Positions 1-7,558 of a stretch of DNA of 32,000 bases are shown piece by piece. The DNA comes from Nostoc punctiforme PCC 73102. Lineage in GTDB: Bacteria; Cyanobacteriota; Cyanobacteriia; Cyanobacteriales; Nostocaceae. Position numbers and translations under genes: made by a program. Under the pieces are notes generated by a model. It did no database searches, was not told the DNA's origin, and saw only the letters and a list, made by a program, of their open reading frames with translations. Position 1 is the stretch's first letter. Each line of letters starts with the position of its first letter. The DNA lies in NCBI RefSeq assembly GCF_000020025.1, contig NC_010628.1, forward strand, positions 3,570,001 through 3,602,000. The letters are read 5' to 3'.

Positions 1-1998
1 GAAACGGGACAAATGGATTTGACGCTGACACCAGTGAAAATTAGTGCCGTGTGCGATCGCGCCCTATCGGAAGCCAAAGCCATCCACACTCAAACTACTA
101 AAACGACATCCCAAACTCAAGAAAATGACCGTTCATCTGCTCCCCAATTCTGCCTTTCCATTGAACTAGGCTTAGATGAAATGGTGGCAGATGAGTTGCG
201 CTTGCGCCAGATGCTAGTACACCTACTTTCCAACGCCTTTAAATTCACTGAAATATCCGGCGAAATTGGGCTGCGGGTAAGTCGTTGGGAAGGATGGATT
301 GCCTTTACAATTTGGGATACAGGTATTGGCATTCCAGAACACCAGCAACACCTAATTTTTCAAAAATTCCAACAACTAGAAAATCCCCTCACCCGCCAAT
401 TTGAAGGCACTGGTTTGGGGCTGGTATTAACTCGGGCCTTAGCTCGTCTCCACGGAGGAGATGTCAGCTTCTTGTCTCGTGAAGGGAAAGGTAGCCAGTT
501 TACACTACTTCTGCCGCCCAGTCCCCCGAAAACAGGCTTTTCGGAGCCAGATATGGTAATCAGAGCAGACGAGAAGACACGACACCAACAGACACGGGAA
601 AACACCGCAGCCACTCGTCAGCAGATCGTTACGCCTACACAGCATCATCCCGCGAGTTCCCAACGATTGGTCTTAGTAGTCGAGGCTGTAGCCCGATATA
701 TTGAAGACTTGACCGAAAAACTCAAATCTTTAGGATATCGGGTAGTAATTGCGCGATCGGGGACAGAAGCAGTCGAAAAAGCTCGGCGCTTGCAACCAAT
801 AGCGATATTTTTGAATCCGTTGCTACCCTTGCTGTCAGGCTGGGATGTGTTGACTTTACTAAAATCTGACACGGCAACCCGTCATATATCTGTAATAGTT
901 ACCGCAACGGGGGCCGAAAAGGAGAAAGCATTTGCTAACCGAGCCGATGGTTTCTTAAGTTTGCCAGTGGAGCATCAGGTATTGGCACCAGTTCTCGAAA
1001 AATTATGTACTGCCCAAGTAGCTCCGCAGGTAGGGTTGGAAAATAGCGCCATTGTCCCGCCTAAAACCCCACTGCGAATTCTCAGGTTGGTGAATCCCCA
1101 ATTGGAATCGGTTAATCCCCACCCCTCACTTCGAGAACATCGGGTGATTGAAGTAGATGACTTAGATCAAGCAGAACTTTTGGCGCGGGTATGGCAATTT
1201 GATGTCATTTTGCTAGATGTCGAAAGTACCACTGCCCAAATTTATTTGCAACAACTAATCCAGCACCCACGTTTGGCGGCTCTACCATTGGTTACTTGCG
1301 ACGTTGCAACTACCTTAATAGCTTCTAAGATACCAGGGTTATCTGTATTTCCTTACTTAACACCATTTACCAAAGACAACAGCAGTCGCATCGAAAAAAC
1401 AGATGCCTTACTATCAGTACTGCAAATTGCTTCTGGTATTTGCTGCCCTCCTAACATCTTGGTTGTGGATTTGACAATGCTGCGTGATTTCCCACAGGTA
1501 AGACGTAAGTCAGCTAAGGGTTATCGGACAGCAAAAAATTGCTCAATTAGTAGTGAAACTGCTGAAAGGGGGTCTGAGTGGTTCCAAGCTTTAATTCAGT
1601 ATTTACAAACAGCAGGCTTTAAAGCAGCTATGAGTCCCTGTTGGGCAGAAGTGTTACAACAAATTCGCCACCAAAGCGTTGATTTACTGCTAATTTGTTT
1701 AGGAGAATCCGCTATCCACAAAGATGTGCTAAAAGCCCTGAAAACATTGGGAGATTCACCTGATAAATTACCACCAATTTTGGTACTAAATCAGCGATTA
1801 AATCGCCCAGACACCAATTTTCCGGTTGGGGTAGCTTATAAGGAAATTGACAAGCAGAAAAAGAATAGCTTGGAATCGATAGAGACTGTTGTTGGTGCGA
1901 TCGCTACCCAAATATTACCGCGCTCGATATCAATGGAAGACCTCTTAAACCAGATCAATCAAGCCTTAGCTGTCAATGGTTACAATGGCAAATGTTAA
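1..1998 (+). CDS. Sensor histidine kinase, C-terminal part (5' end lies upstream of the window): HATPase_c domain followed by about 450 aa of degenerate receiver-like modules
   Basis: The frame is open from base 1, with no stop before the ATG at 13. Kinase motifs present: N-box LLSNAFKFT, G1 DTGIGIP, G2 GTGLGLVL. The downstream segments follow the receiver beta-alpha pattern but lack the catalytic residues (see finding). Confidence 0.85.
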   Translation, partial: ETGQMDLTLTPVKISAVCDRALSEAKAIHTQTTKTTSQTQENDRSSAPQFCLSIELGLDEMVADELRLRQMLVHLLSNAFKFTEISGEIGLRVSRWEGWIAFTIWDTGIGIPEHQQHLIFQKFQQLENPLTRQFEGTGLGLVLTRALARLHGGDVSFLSREGKGSQFTLLLPPSPPKTGFSEPDMVIRADEKTRHQQTRENTAATRQQIVTPTQHHPASSQRLVLVVEAVARYIEDLTEKLKSLGYRVVIARSGTEAVEKARRLQPIAIFLNPLLPLLSGWDVLTLLKSDTATRHISVIVTATGAEKEKAFANRADGFLSLPVEHQVLAPVLEKLCTAQVAPQVGLENSAIVPPKTPLRILRLVNPQLESVNPHPSLREHRVIEVDDLDQAELLARVWQFDVILLDVESTTAQIYLQQLIQHPRLAALPLVTCDVATTLIASKIPGLSVFPYLTPFTKDNSSRIEKTDALLSVLQIASGICCPPNILVVDLTMLRDFPQVRRKSAKGYRTAKNCSISSETAERGSEWFQALIQYLQTAGFKAAMSPCWAEVLQQIRHQSVDLLLICLGESAIHKDVLKALKTLGDSPDKLPPILVLNQRLNRPDTNFPVGVAYKEIDKQKKNSLESIETVVGAIATQILPRSISMEDLLNQINQALAVNGYNGKC

Positions 1999-2064
1999 TG
2001 GGAATGGGGAATGGGGAATGGGGAATGGGAAATAAACAACCAATGCCCAATGCCCCATTCCCAA
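1999..2064. repeat. Heptamer tandem repeats (GGGGAAT x4) facing a complementary CCAATGC/CCCATTC arm; imperfect long hairpin between convergent genes
   Basis: Sequence reads tgggaatggggaatggggaatggggaatggg ... ccaatgcccaatgccccattcccaatt. It fills the whole gap between the stop codons at 1998 (+) and 2065 (-). Confidence 0.8.
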
Positions 2065-3975
2065 TTATGATATGTCTATTTTTTCATTTTTCTTTTTCTT
2101 AAAAGGAACTCGAACCAAGTTATAAGCACCCTTGGTAGATAAACTCTTGTAATCATCTGGCTGTAATTCCATTTGTAAAAACTTTTTCTGTTCAGCCAAG
2201 AGCAACAGTGAGGCAGGTTGTAATCCCTTAGCAGCCTGGTTTTTAATATGCTCTATAGCCTCTTGAGGAAGTCCTAAATAATTTACATGAATGTGGCTGT
2301 AAAATACCACACTAGGCTTTTTGAAGCCAAGCATGATCAATTCTTCATTTGGTTGTTTTGCTTGTAGAATTACGGCAGATAATTCCCTTAAAGGTAATTG
2401 ACGTTCTCGATCAATAAAAAAAGAAGCAGGCGTTAAGACAAAAATTATAAACGCCACAAGCCCTAGTAAATTAATCCCAATAATGTAGTTCCATCGGCGA
2501 CTCAGTAAGAAACCAGCAACTAAAATTGCACAAATCAACCACATTACGCCAGCTATTACTGGTAAACCAGATTTTTGAATTAGTTCGTGGAAGTTACTGA
2601 TAGCAGGATCGGTACCTAATATGTGGGTGATGTTAAACAGTGCTGTTGCCAGAACTGATAAAAACATTACATTCAACCAACCACTCACTCGGAGAAAAGT
2701 AGGGGAAAGGGGAGGAGTGGGGGAGGAAGAAACACTAGATGTTTGCCTGTCTTCTGTATCCTGGAAAAAGTCGCTCCATAAAAGCGTCACTAGGATCGCT
2801 GCTGCTGGCATTAAAGGCAAGACATAACTAGGTAGTTTGGTGACAGCAATGCAGAAAAAACCAAAGATGCTAGCAAACCAAATCCAGGCGAATAAACCAA
2901 ACTGCTGAAAACGTTCAAGGGATCGCCAGTGCGATCGCTGCCAAAACTTTAGTCTTATTATAGAAACTGGTAAATACACGGAGTATGGCGCAAAACCTAG
3001 CAGCACTACTATGAAGTAAAAATACCAAGGTGCTGAGTGACCATTGACTACTTCTGTAAAGCGTTCCAGGTTGTGATAACCAAAAAAGGCATTAATATAA
3101 TTCCAGCCATTGCGCCAAATTACTAAAGCATACCAGGGCACTGACAAACCTAGAATTATCAATATACCCACGAAGAGGCGCATTTCCCGCAATACCTCTC
3201 TGAACCTTCCCACGTAAAGCAAAAAGGCGGCAACAATTATCCCTGGCAAGACAATTCCCACTGGACCCTTAGTCAAAATTGCGCCAGCAATTAACACATA
3301 ACAAGCCAAGTACCACTTATTAGGGAATAGGGCAGGGGGCAGAGGAGAGGAATTTTCCCCTTGCTCCCTGCTCCCTGCTCCCTGCCCCCTACTCCCTCCC
3401 TTCCCTGCGTAGCCTAGAAAGAAACATAACAAAGCTGATGCCATACATCCGGTGAGCAGCATATCAGAGACACCCGTTCTCGCCCAAATAATAGTTTCGG
3501 GATTGAGTGCCATGAGCGCTGCTGCGATAAAAGATGTTAAGTAGCGGCGAGTAGGACGTGAAACTTGCTCTAATTCGTCTTGTTTAGCCAAGTACCACTG
3601 TACGGTGTAAAAAGCTAAACAAATTAAGCCAAATGCTGCGATCGCAGAAGGAAGGCGTACTGCCCACTCATTTACCCCAAGAATGTAATATGCGATCGCT
3701 TGACACCAGTAAATTAAAGCAGGTTTATCGAAACGAGTTTCACCATTGAAAAATGGGGTTATCCAATCACCTGTGACAAACATCTGGCGGGAAGCTTCGG
3801 CAAACAGTGGCTCTGTCTCATCAATCAAGCCAATATTGCCCAAATTCCACCCAAAAGCTATCCAGCCAACCACCGTTAACCACAAAACCGACACAGTGAC
3901 ACTAAGGGCCGGATTCTTTGCTATTTTGTTGAACCACTGATCAACAGTGTGCTTAACACTCAATTTCATGCTCAT
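2065..3975 (-). CDS. Glycosyltransferase family 39 (ArnT/PMT-like) polytopic membrane protein
   Basis: 636-aa ORF. The N-terminal motif DETEPLFAEASRQMFVTGDWITPFFNGETRFDKPALIYW is typical of GT39/ArnT-like enzymes. Many hydrophobic helices run along the whole length. Confidence 0.85.
   Translation of the reverse strand: MSMKLSVKHTVDQWFNKIAKNPALSVTVSVLWLTVVGWIAFGWNLGNIGLIDETEPLFAEASRQMFVTGDWITPFFNGETRFDKPALIYWCQAIAYYILGVNEWAVRLPSAIAAFGLICLAFYTVQWYLAKQDELEQVSRPTRRYLTSFIAAALMALNPETIIWARTGVSDMLLTGCMASALLCFFLGYAGKGGSRGQGAGSREQGENSSPLPPALFPNKWYLACYVLIAGAILTKGPVGIVLPGIIVAAFLLYVGRFREVLREMRLFVGILIILGLSVPWYALVIWRNGWNYINAFFGYHNLERFTEVVNGHSAPWYFYFIVVLLGFAPYSVYLPVSIIRLKFWQRSHWRSLERFQQFGLFAWIWFASIFGFFCIAVTKLPSYVLPLMPAAAILVTLLWSDFFQDTEDRQTSSVSSSPTPPLSPTFLRVSGWLNVMFLSVLATALFNITHILGTDPAISNFHELIQKSGLPVIAGVMWLICAILVAGFLLSRRWNYIIGINLLGLVAFIIFVLTPASFFIDRERQLPLRELSAVILQAKQPNEELIMLGFKKPSVVFYSHIHVNYLGLPQEAIEHIKNQAAKGLQPASLLLLAEQKKFLQMELQPDDYKSLSTKGAYNLVRVPFKKKKNEKIDIS
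3322..3407. repeat. G-rich arm plus CTCCCTG x3 C-rich arm; hairpin-forming repeat unit embedded in frame in the GT39 CDS
   Basis: Sequence reads gggaatagggcagggggcagaggagagg aattttcc ccttgctccctgctccctgctccctgccccctactccctcc. On the minus strand it translates to the low-complexity loop GKGGSRGQGAGSREQGENSSPLPPALF. Confidence 0.7.
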
Positions 3976-4330
3976 TAGTCAATAGTCAACAATCACTACT
4001 CAATAGTCGTTGATTATCTATCTTTTGTTCTTCCAAGGCTCAAATTCAAAATTTTTTTATTTAATACTTACCACTTAACACTCTACACTTCTTCGGCTTG
4101 GAACAATACCAGTTGCTTGAAGCTGCTAGAAAAACCCAAGAGGTTAACAAATTATCACCGCCGAGCAAGCTCCTAAGTCCTATTTCAGAATTTATTAATT
4201 GACAAATTAGACAATAAATGCACTACTGAAAGCAGGATAAAAATAAACGTAGTTTAGCCCAGGTTGAGCTTACTCTAGTAGGCAGTGACTTGAAAGACGG
4301 AGAATTTACGTCATTAGGATTACGCATCAA

Positions 4331-4359
4331 GTACAAAACCCCGCTCTCAAGAGCAGGGG
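4331..4359 (-). terminator. Rho-independent terminator candidate downstream of the 78-aa gene
   Basis: The minus strand reads CCCCTGCTC ttga GAGCGGGG followed by TTTTGTACTT. That is an 8-bp GC-rich stem with one bulge, about 110 nt after the stop at 4468. Confidence 0.55.
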
Positions 4360-4467
4360 TTATCTTAACTAGTAACTTCTCAAACATCCTCTAAGCGATC
4401 ACTCACCTATAACTTGTATATTTGACTTTTTAAATCTGGCAAACTCATAATTTTTACTTTCTACATA

Positions 4468-4704
4468 TCAGAGGATTTCAGAAATTGCAAATTCATCATT
4501 GATTGCAGCAATTTCTGTTGAAATCTTTGGCTCATCAACCATTAATTCCAGTTTTTCTTCCTGATTTGTGACATCAGCAAATTTATCTTTTGTATATTCA
4601 CTTTCTCTGATTTGTCTAGCAATGCTTTCTAGTAGCCAAAGTTGTTCTTCTATAGACAAGGCACGGATTGAGCGCTCAATTTCTAGTAAATTCAGTGATA
4701 TCAT
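4468..4704 (-). CDS. Small hypothetical protein (78 aa), helical and acidic; weak resemblance to small antitoxin-like 'addiction module component' proteins
   Basis: ORF with the segment LSIEEQLWLLESIARQIRE. No partner gene is visible. The functional call is weak. Confidence 0.45.
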   Translation of the reverse strand: MISLNLLEIERSIRALSIEEQLWLLESIARQIRESEYTKDKFADVTNQEEKLELMVDEPKISTEIAAINDEFAISEIL

Positions 4705-4917
4705 TTTGCTTCTGATTCCAAGCGGGGCATATTTTTCAAAGATATTCTTATATGTAAGTCTATCTGGTTAACCTATAGCATCGCAAATTCTGCATCATTT
4801 TTCCCAAGCTTATCTTTTCACAAATCAAATGAGATTGCTATAAATAACTAGAAGCCAATTTTATGACTTTTTAATTAGGTATTACTGCTGAAGCAAAATG
4901 TACGCTAAACTGACTAC

Positions 4918-5286
4918 ATGAATTACGAAACAGCTCGGAAACTCCTCATAGATCAGACAATCACAACCGAGGAAAACCCAGATGCGCTGTTAACGCGTAT
5001 GAAACAGGGGAAACCGCCGGTACCCGGTCAGATCACTTCAATTCTGTTGGCATTGAAAGTGGTGTTTGAAGCCCTTAAAGATGCAAAGACCCTAGACCGA
5101 GAACTGGCTTTAGCCCTTTATCAGTTAAGCATTAAGGCACAACAGCTATTTGCCGCAGGGCGTAAAGCTGGCATAGATTGGCCACCACTACTAAAGGAAG
5201 ATTTGCTACGAATTTCTTTAGCATCTGAAAGTATCTTTTCAGGTATATGGCAAACCCTAGCTCCCATCAGCCTAGGGAAACTATAG
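4918..5286 (+). CDS. Hypothetical protein (122 aa)
   Basis: Clean ORF with no overlap and ordinary amino-acid composition. No motif recognised. Confidence 0.55.
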   Translation: MNYETARKLLIDQTITTEENPDALLTRMKQGKPPVPGQITSILLALKVVFEALKDAKTLDRELALALYQLSIKAQQLFAAGRKAGIDWPPLLKEDLLRISLASESIFSGIWQTLAPISLGKL

Positions 5287-5320
5287 AACACCATTTCAGT
5301 AACTTGTATGTGGAAAATCA

Positions 5321-5389
5321 GGGGCAGAGGAAGATGAGGGAGTGAGGAAGAATAATTAATGCCCCATACCCAATGCCCAATGCCCATTA
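5321..5389. repeat. G-rich segment plus CCAATGC-type heptamer repeats between convergent genes
   Basis: Sequence reads ggggcagaggaagatgagggagtgaggaag ... atgccccatacccaatgcccaatgcccatta. It ends on the stop codon of the 5387..6019 gene. Confidence 0.7.
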
Positions 5390-6019
5390 CCGAATTTGCA
5401 GTTCACCTTCTAACTTGTCTAAGTCAGTTTTAAGCAAAACTGTCATTTGCCCGGTAAAAGCTTTGCCACTCTTGGGTTGAGCAATTTCCACCCAATATAC
5501 ATAGCGATCGCCTACTCGTAATTCTCCCTTTAAAGCTTCCCGAATGGGAGTTTTAGCCAGACGCGCCGAGTTAATTACCTTCTGGTTGGGATACTGGTAA
5601 ACTACCTGGGCGCGATCGTAGTCTTGATAAATCTCCAAGCCATAAATCACCCGCAAGGATTCCTGGAGACGCGCAAATGTCATGCCGTTAATGGCATCAT
5701 ACATGGAAATGCGCTCACTACGAATTGTGCCACGGTCTTTAGAAAATTGCACCCTACCAGGGGGCAATACCGACGCTTGAAAAGTGAATCGTTGAGCAGC
5801 AGTATCAGTCTTTTGCACAAACAATAACTCCCCACTTCTAGGGCGGAGTGTAGGATGTGCTTTAATCCAAGTGCCTACTTCCTCTGTACTTTGCCCTGGT
5901 AAAGCATTGGCTTGGGAATCAAAAAGCGTTCCCACGCACAGCCAAGGTACTAGAGAAAAAGGCAAAATCAAACATTTAAGCAGGGATTTTTTGAGCATTT
6001 TTCTATTCACGACTTTCAT
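5387..6019 (-). CDS. Secreted hypothetical protein (N-terminal signal peptide)
   Basis: 210-aa ORF. A basic N-terminus is followed by a hydrophobic stretch, LLKCLILPFSLVPWLCVGTLFDSQANA. No catalytic motif recognised. Confidence 0.6.
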   Translation of the reverse strand: MKVVNRKMLKKSLLKCLILPFSLVPWLCVGTLFDSQANALPGQSTEEVGTWIKAHPTLRPRSGELLFVQKTDTAAQRFTFQASVLPPGRVQFSKDRGTIRSERISMYDAINGMTFARLQESLRVIYGLEIYQDYDRAQVVYQYPNQKVINSARLAKTPIREALKGELRVGDRYVYWVEIAQPKSGKAFTGQMTVLLKTDLDKLEGELQIR

Positions 6020-6594
6020 GGAAATTTCCCCATTAGGGAGTAACCATAGTCTTCCCGTTTTTCAGCAAGATTATTTCAATGGGTCGCAGCGATCGCCCAG
6101 CGAAGCCAAATCTTTTCTCTTGGCGCTAGCAAGTCTCCACCATAGCGCTATGAAGGTGCTGGGAGGAACCCTGCTTACCAAAGAAAGTGTGGTTCTATTC
6201 AGAAGAAGATCAAGCTTGGAAGTATCTGTAGAAAATCTTGTCTTTTAATGTTTGAACTATTGATTTTTTGGGAACCATACACAAAGCAATTTAGGATGCT
6301 GGTAATAGTTAAGACTTGAATTTACAGTTATTGACAGATATTTCTATAGAAGCTTATTTTGAACAATCGCAAATATCGAGGACACATCAGAGAAAATCAT
6401 TATGGCGCAAAAGTGTCATCATTGGATTGGTAGAAATGGGGCTTTTTAGCTTAAAATCTGATGTTCAAAAGTCTCAATGGCTGGGAGATTATACCCGTTT
6501 AGCAGCTAGAAAAGGCTAATATCAGTAAATCGAAAAGAGAGCGATCGCCAATATTTTGGTAAATTAAAATGCATTTTTTGCTGAAATATATGTA

Positions 6595-6630
6595 AAACCG
6601 CGTCCTATTTGGGGTAATAAGACACGGTTT
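6595..6630 (-). terminator. Possible terminator hairpin after the zinc-ribbon gene
   Basis: aaaccgcgtc N16 gacacggttt. On the minus strand the stem has one G-U pair and is followed by TTTTACAT. The large loop makes this a weak call. Confidence 0.3.
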
Positions 6631-6698
6631 CATAAAAGTATTTAGTTATAATATTACAAAAATCAAAGTAAGATTTGATTTATACCAAAGTAATCCAT

Positions 6699-7085
6699 TT
6701 ACTGAGATTTATTTCCTGGTTGATTAACTTTCTCTGTTGTAGGAGATATTTGGCGATCGTAACTTGTCTTTTCTTGAGTTAGGGCGATCGCACTAAAGAA
6801 AATGGCACTTCCTACAGCCAAGGCTACCATCGGACGCTTGAGCAAGACAAAATCTCTGATAATCCTAGCTAAAGGTCGGCTTTGACGACGTAACGAGGAA
6901 GCAATCATTAATTGTCTCCAAGTAAACGGATCGCGCACGTAATGACCGCTTTGGCAAACTACTAGCCGTTCTTGGCAATAGGGACAGCAAAACAAGCCCA
7001 TACGCGTTTTAATTGGTTTGGGAGTGGCATTTCTTTGGCAAATTGGGCAAGTAACATAATGATTATCAAAGGTGTGTATATTCAT
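6699..7085 (-). CDS. Zinc-ribbon protein with a C-terminal transmembrane helix (hypothetical)
   Basis: 128-aa ORF. It has CPIC...(16 aa)...CCPYC cysteine pairs, then the hydrophobic segment MVALAVGSAIFFSAIAL. Confidence 0.6.
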   Translation of the reverse strand: MNIHTFDNHYVTCPICQRNATPKPIKTRMGLFCCPYCQERLVVCQSGHYVRDPFTWRQLMIASSLRRQSRPLARIIRDFVLLKRPMVALAVGSAIFFSAIALTQEKTSYDRQISPTTEKVNQPGNKSQ

Positions 7086-7558
7086 TTACCTCGTCCGCCT
7101 AGTCCATTTACTCGCTCTATAAGAATAGCTATATTGAATTCCGATCAATACTTAGCAGACTTCCAAGTATGGTCTGACAACAGCCATAAATCATACATAC
7201 ATTGTATTACTACCAAGGATGGCTCAATGGTCGCAACACGAGTATAGCTAGATTTAGGCAAGGATGACTCCTAGTTAATGTTTGCAGGTGTGTCCACCCA
7301 GACCACAAAAACTTTGTTGTCTCTAGAAAAAATAGTGTTGGCGCTCACTCGCACCCCACCAGGGATCTTTGATCCTCAAATAACAATTGTCTCCCATTTA
7401 ACCATTCTCCCCACAAAAATTTTGCACAATGACATTTTTTGCTAAAGCTTTGTAAATCAAGCAAATAAAGTCTACTTGTCTGGTTGCTAAATAATGGCTC
7501 ACAATGAGAAGTAACAGATAAAAATTTAAATTTTTTCTTACATTTACCCCGCCTCTCA

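Noticed and set aside
53-60. GCGATCGC (HIP1) palindromes. I counted roughly 35-40 perfect copies across the window, for example at 53, 1897, 2931, 5504, 12083, 17224, 24606 and 29893.
   Set aside because: This is a known genome-wide property of many cyanobacteria, not a local signal. It is useful only as taxonomic evidence.
117-872. Three minus-strand ORFs (71-84 aa) inside the first kinase gene. Similar shadow ORFs lie inside the other large genes: 2621..2827, 3746..3940, 8187..8453, 13646..13951, 14510..14842, 17249..18186, 24311..25445, 26248..26778, 27281..27466, 29067..29560.
   Set aside because: They are antisense or out-of-frame shadows of strongly supported long CDSs. Their composition (Arg/Ser/Pro-rich) is typical of non-coding frames.
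1999-2064. Heptamer repeat blocks, considered as possible CRISPR arrays or minisatellite-type contingency loci.
   Set aside because: The repeat unit is 7 nt with no spacers. The architecture matches STRR-type repeats, not CRISPR.
2103-2116. T-loop-like GGTTCGAGTTCC (minus strand), checked as a possible tRNA.
   Set aside because: It lies inside the GT39 coding sequence. No acceptor, D-arm or anticodon-arm complement could be built around it. I found no tRNA-like structure elsewhere in the window.
4407-4448. 13-codon mini-ORF (MSLPDLKSQIYKL*) 19 nt downstream of the 78-aa antitoxin-like gene. I considered it as the remnant of a toxin partner.
   Set aside because: It is far too short to assign to any toxin family, and the antitoxin assignment is itself weak.
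5871-6248. 125-aa plus-strand ORF overlapping the 5' end of the secreted-protein gene.
   Set aside because: It overlaps the better-supported minus-strand gene by about 150 nt and has no motifs. It is probably spurious.
6316-6519. 67-aa ORF with a TTG start in the 6020..6698 intergenic region.
   Set aside because: It has a non-canonical start, no RBS and no recognisable features. Evidence is insufficient to call it a gene.
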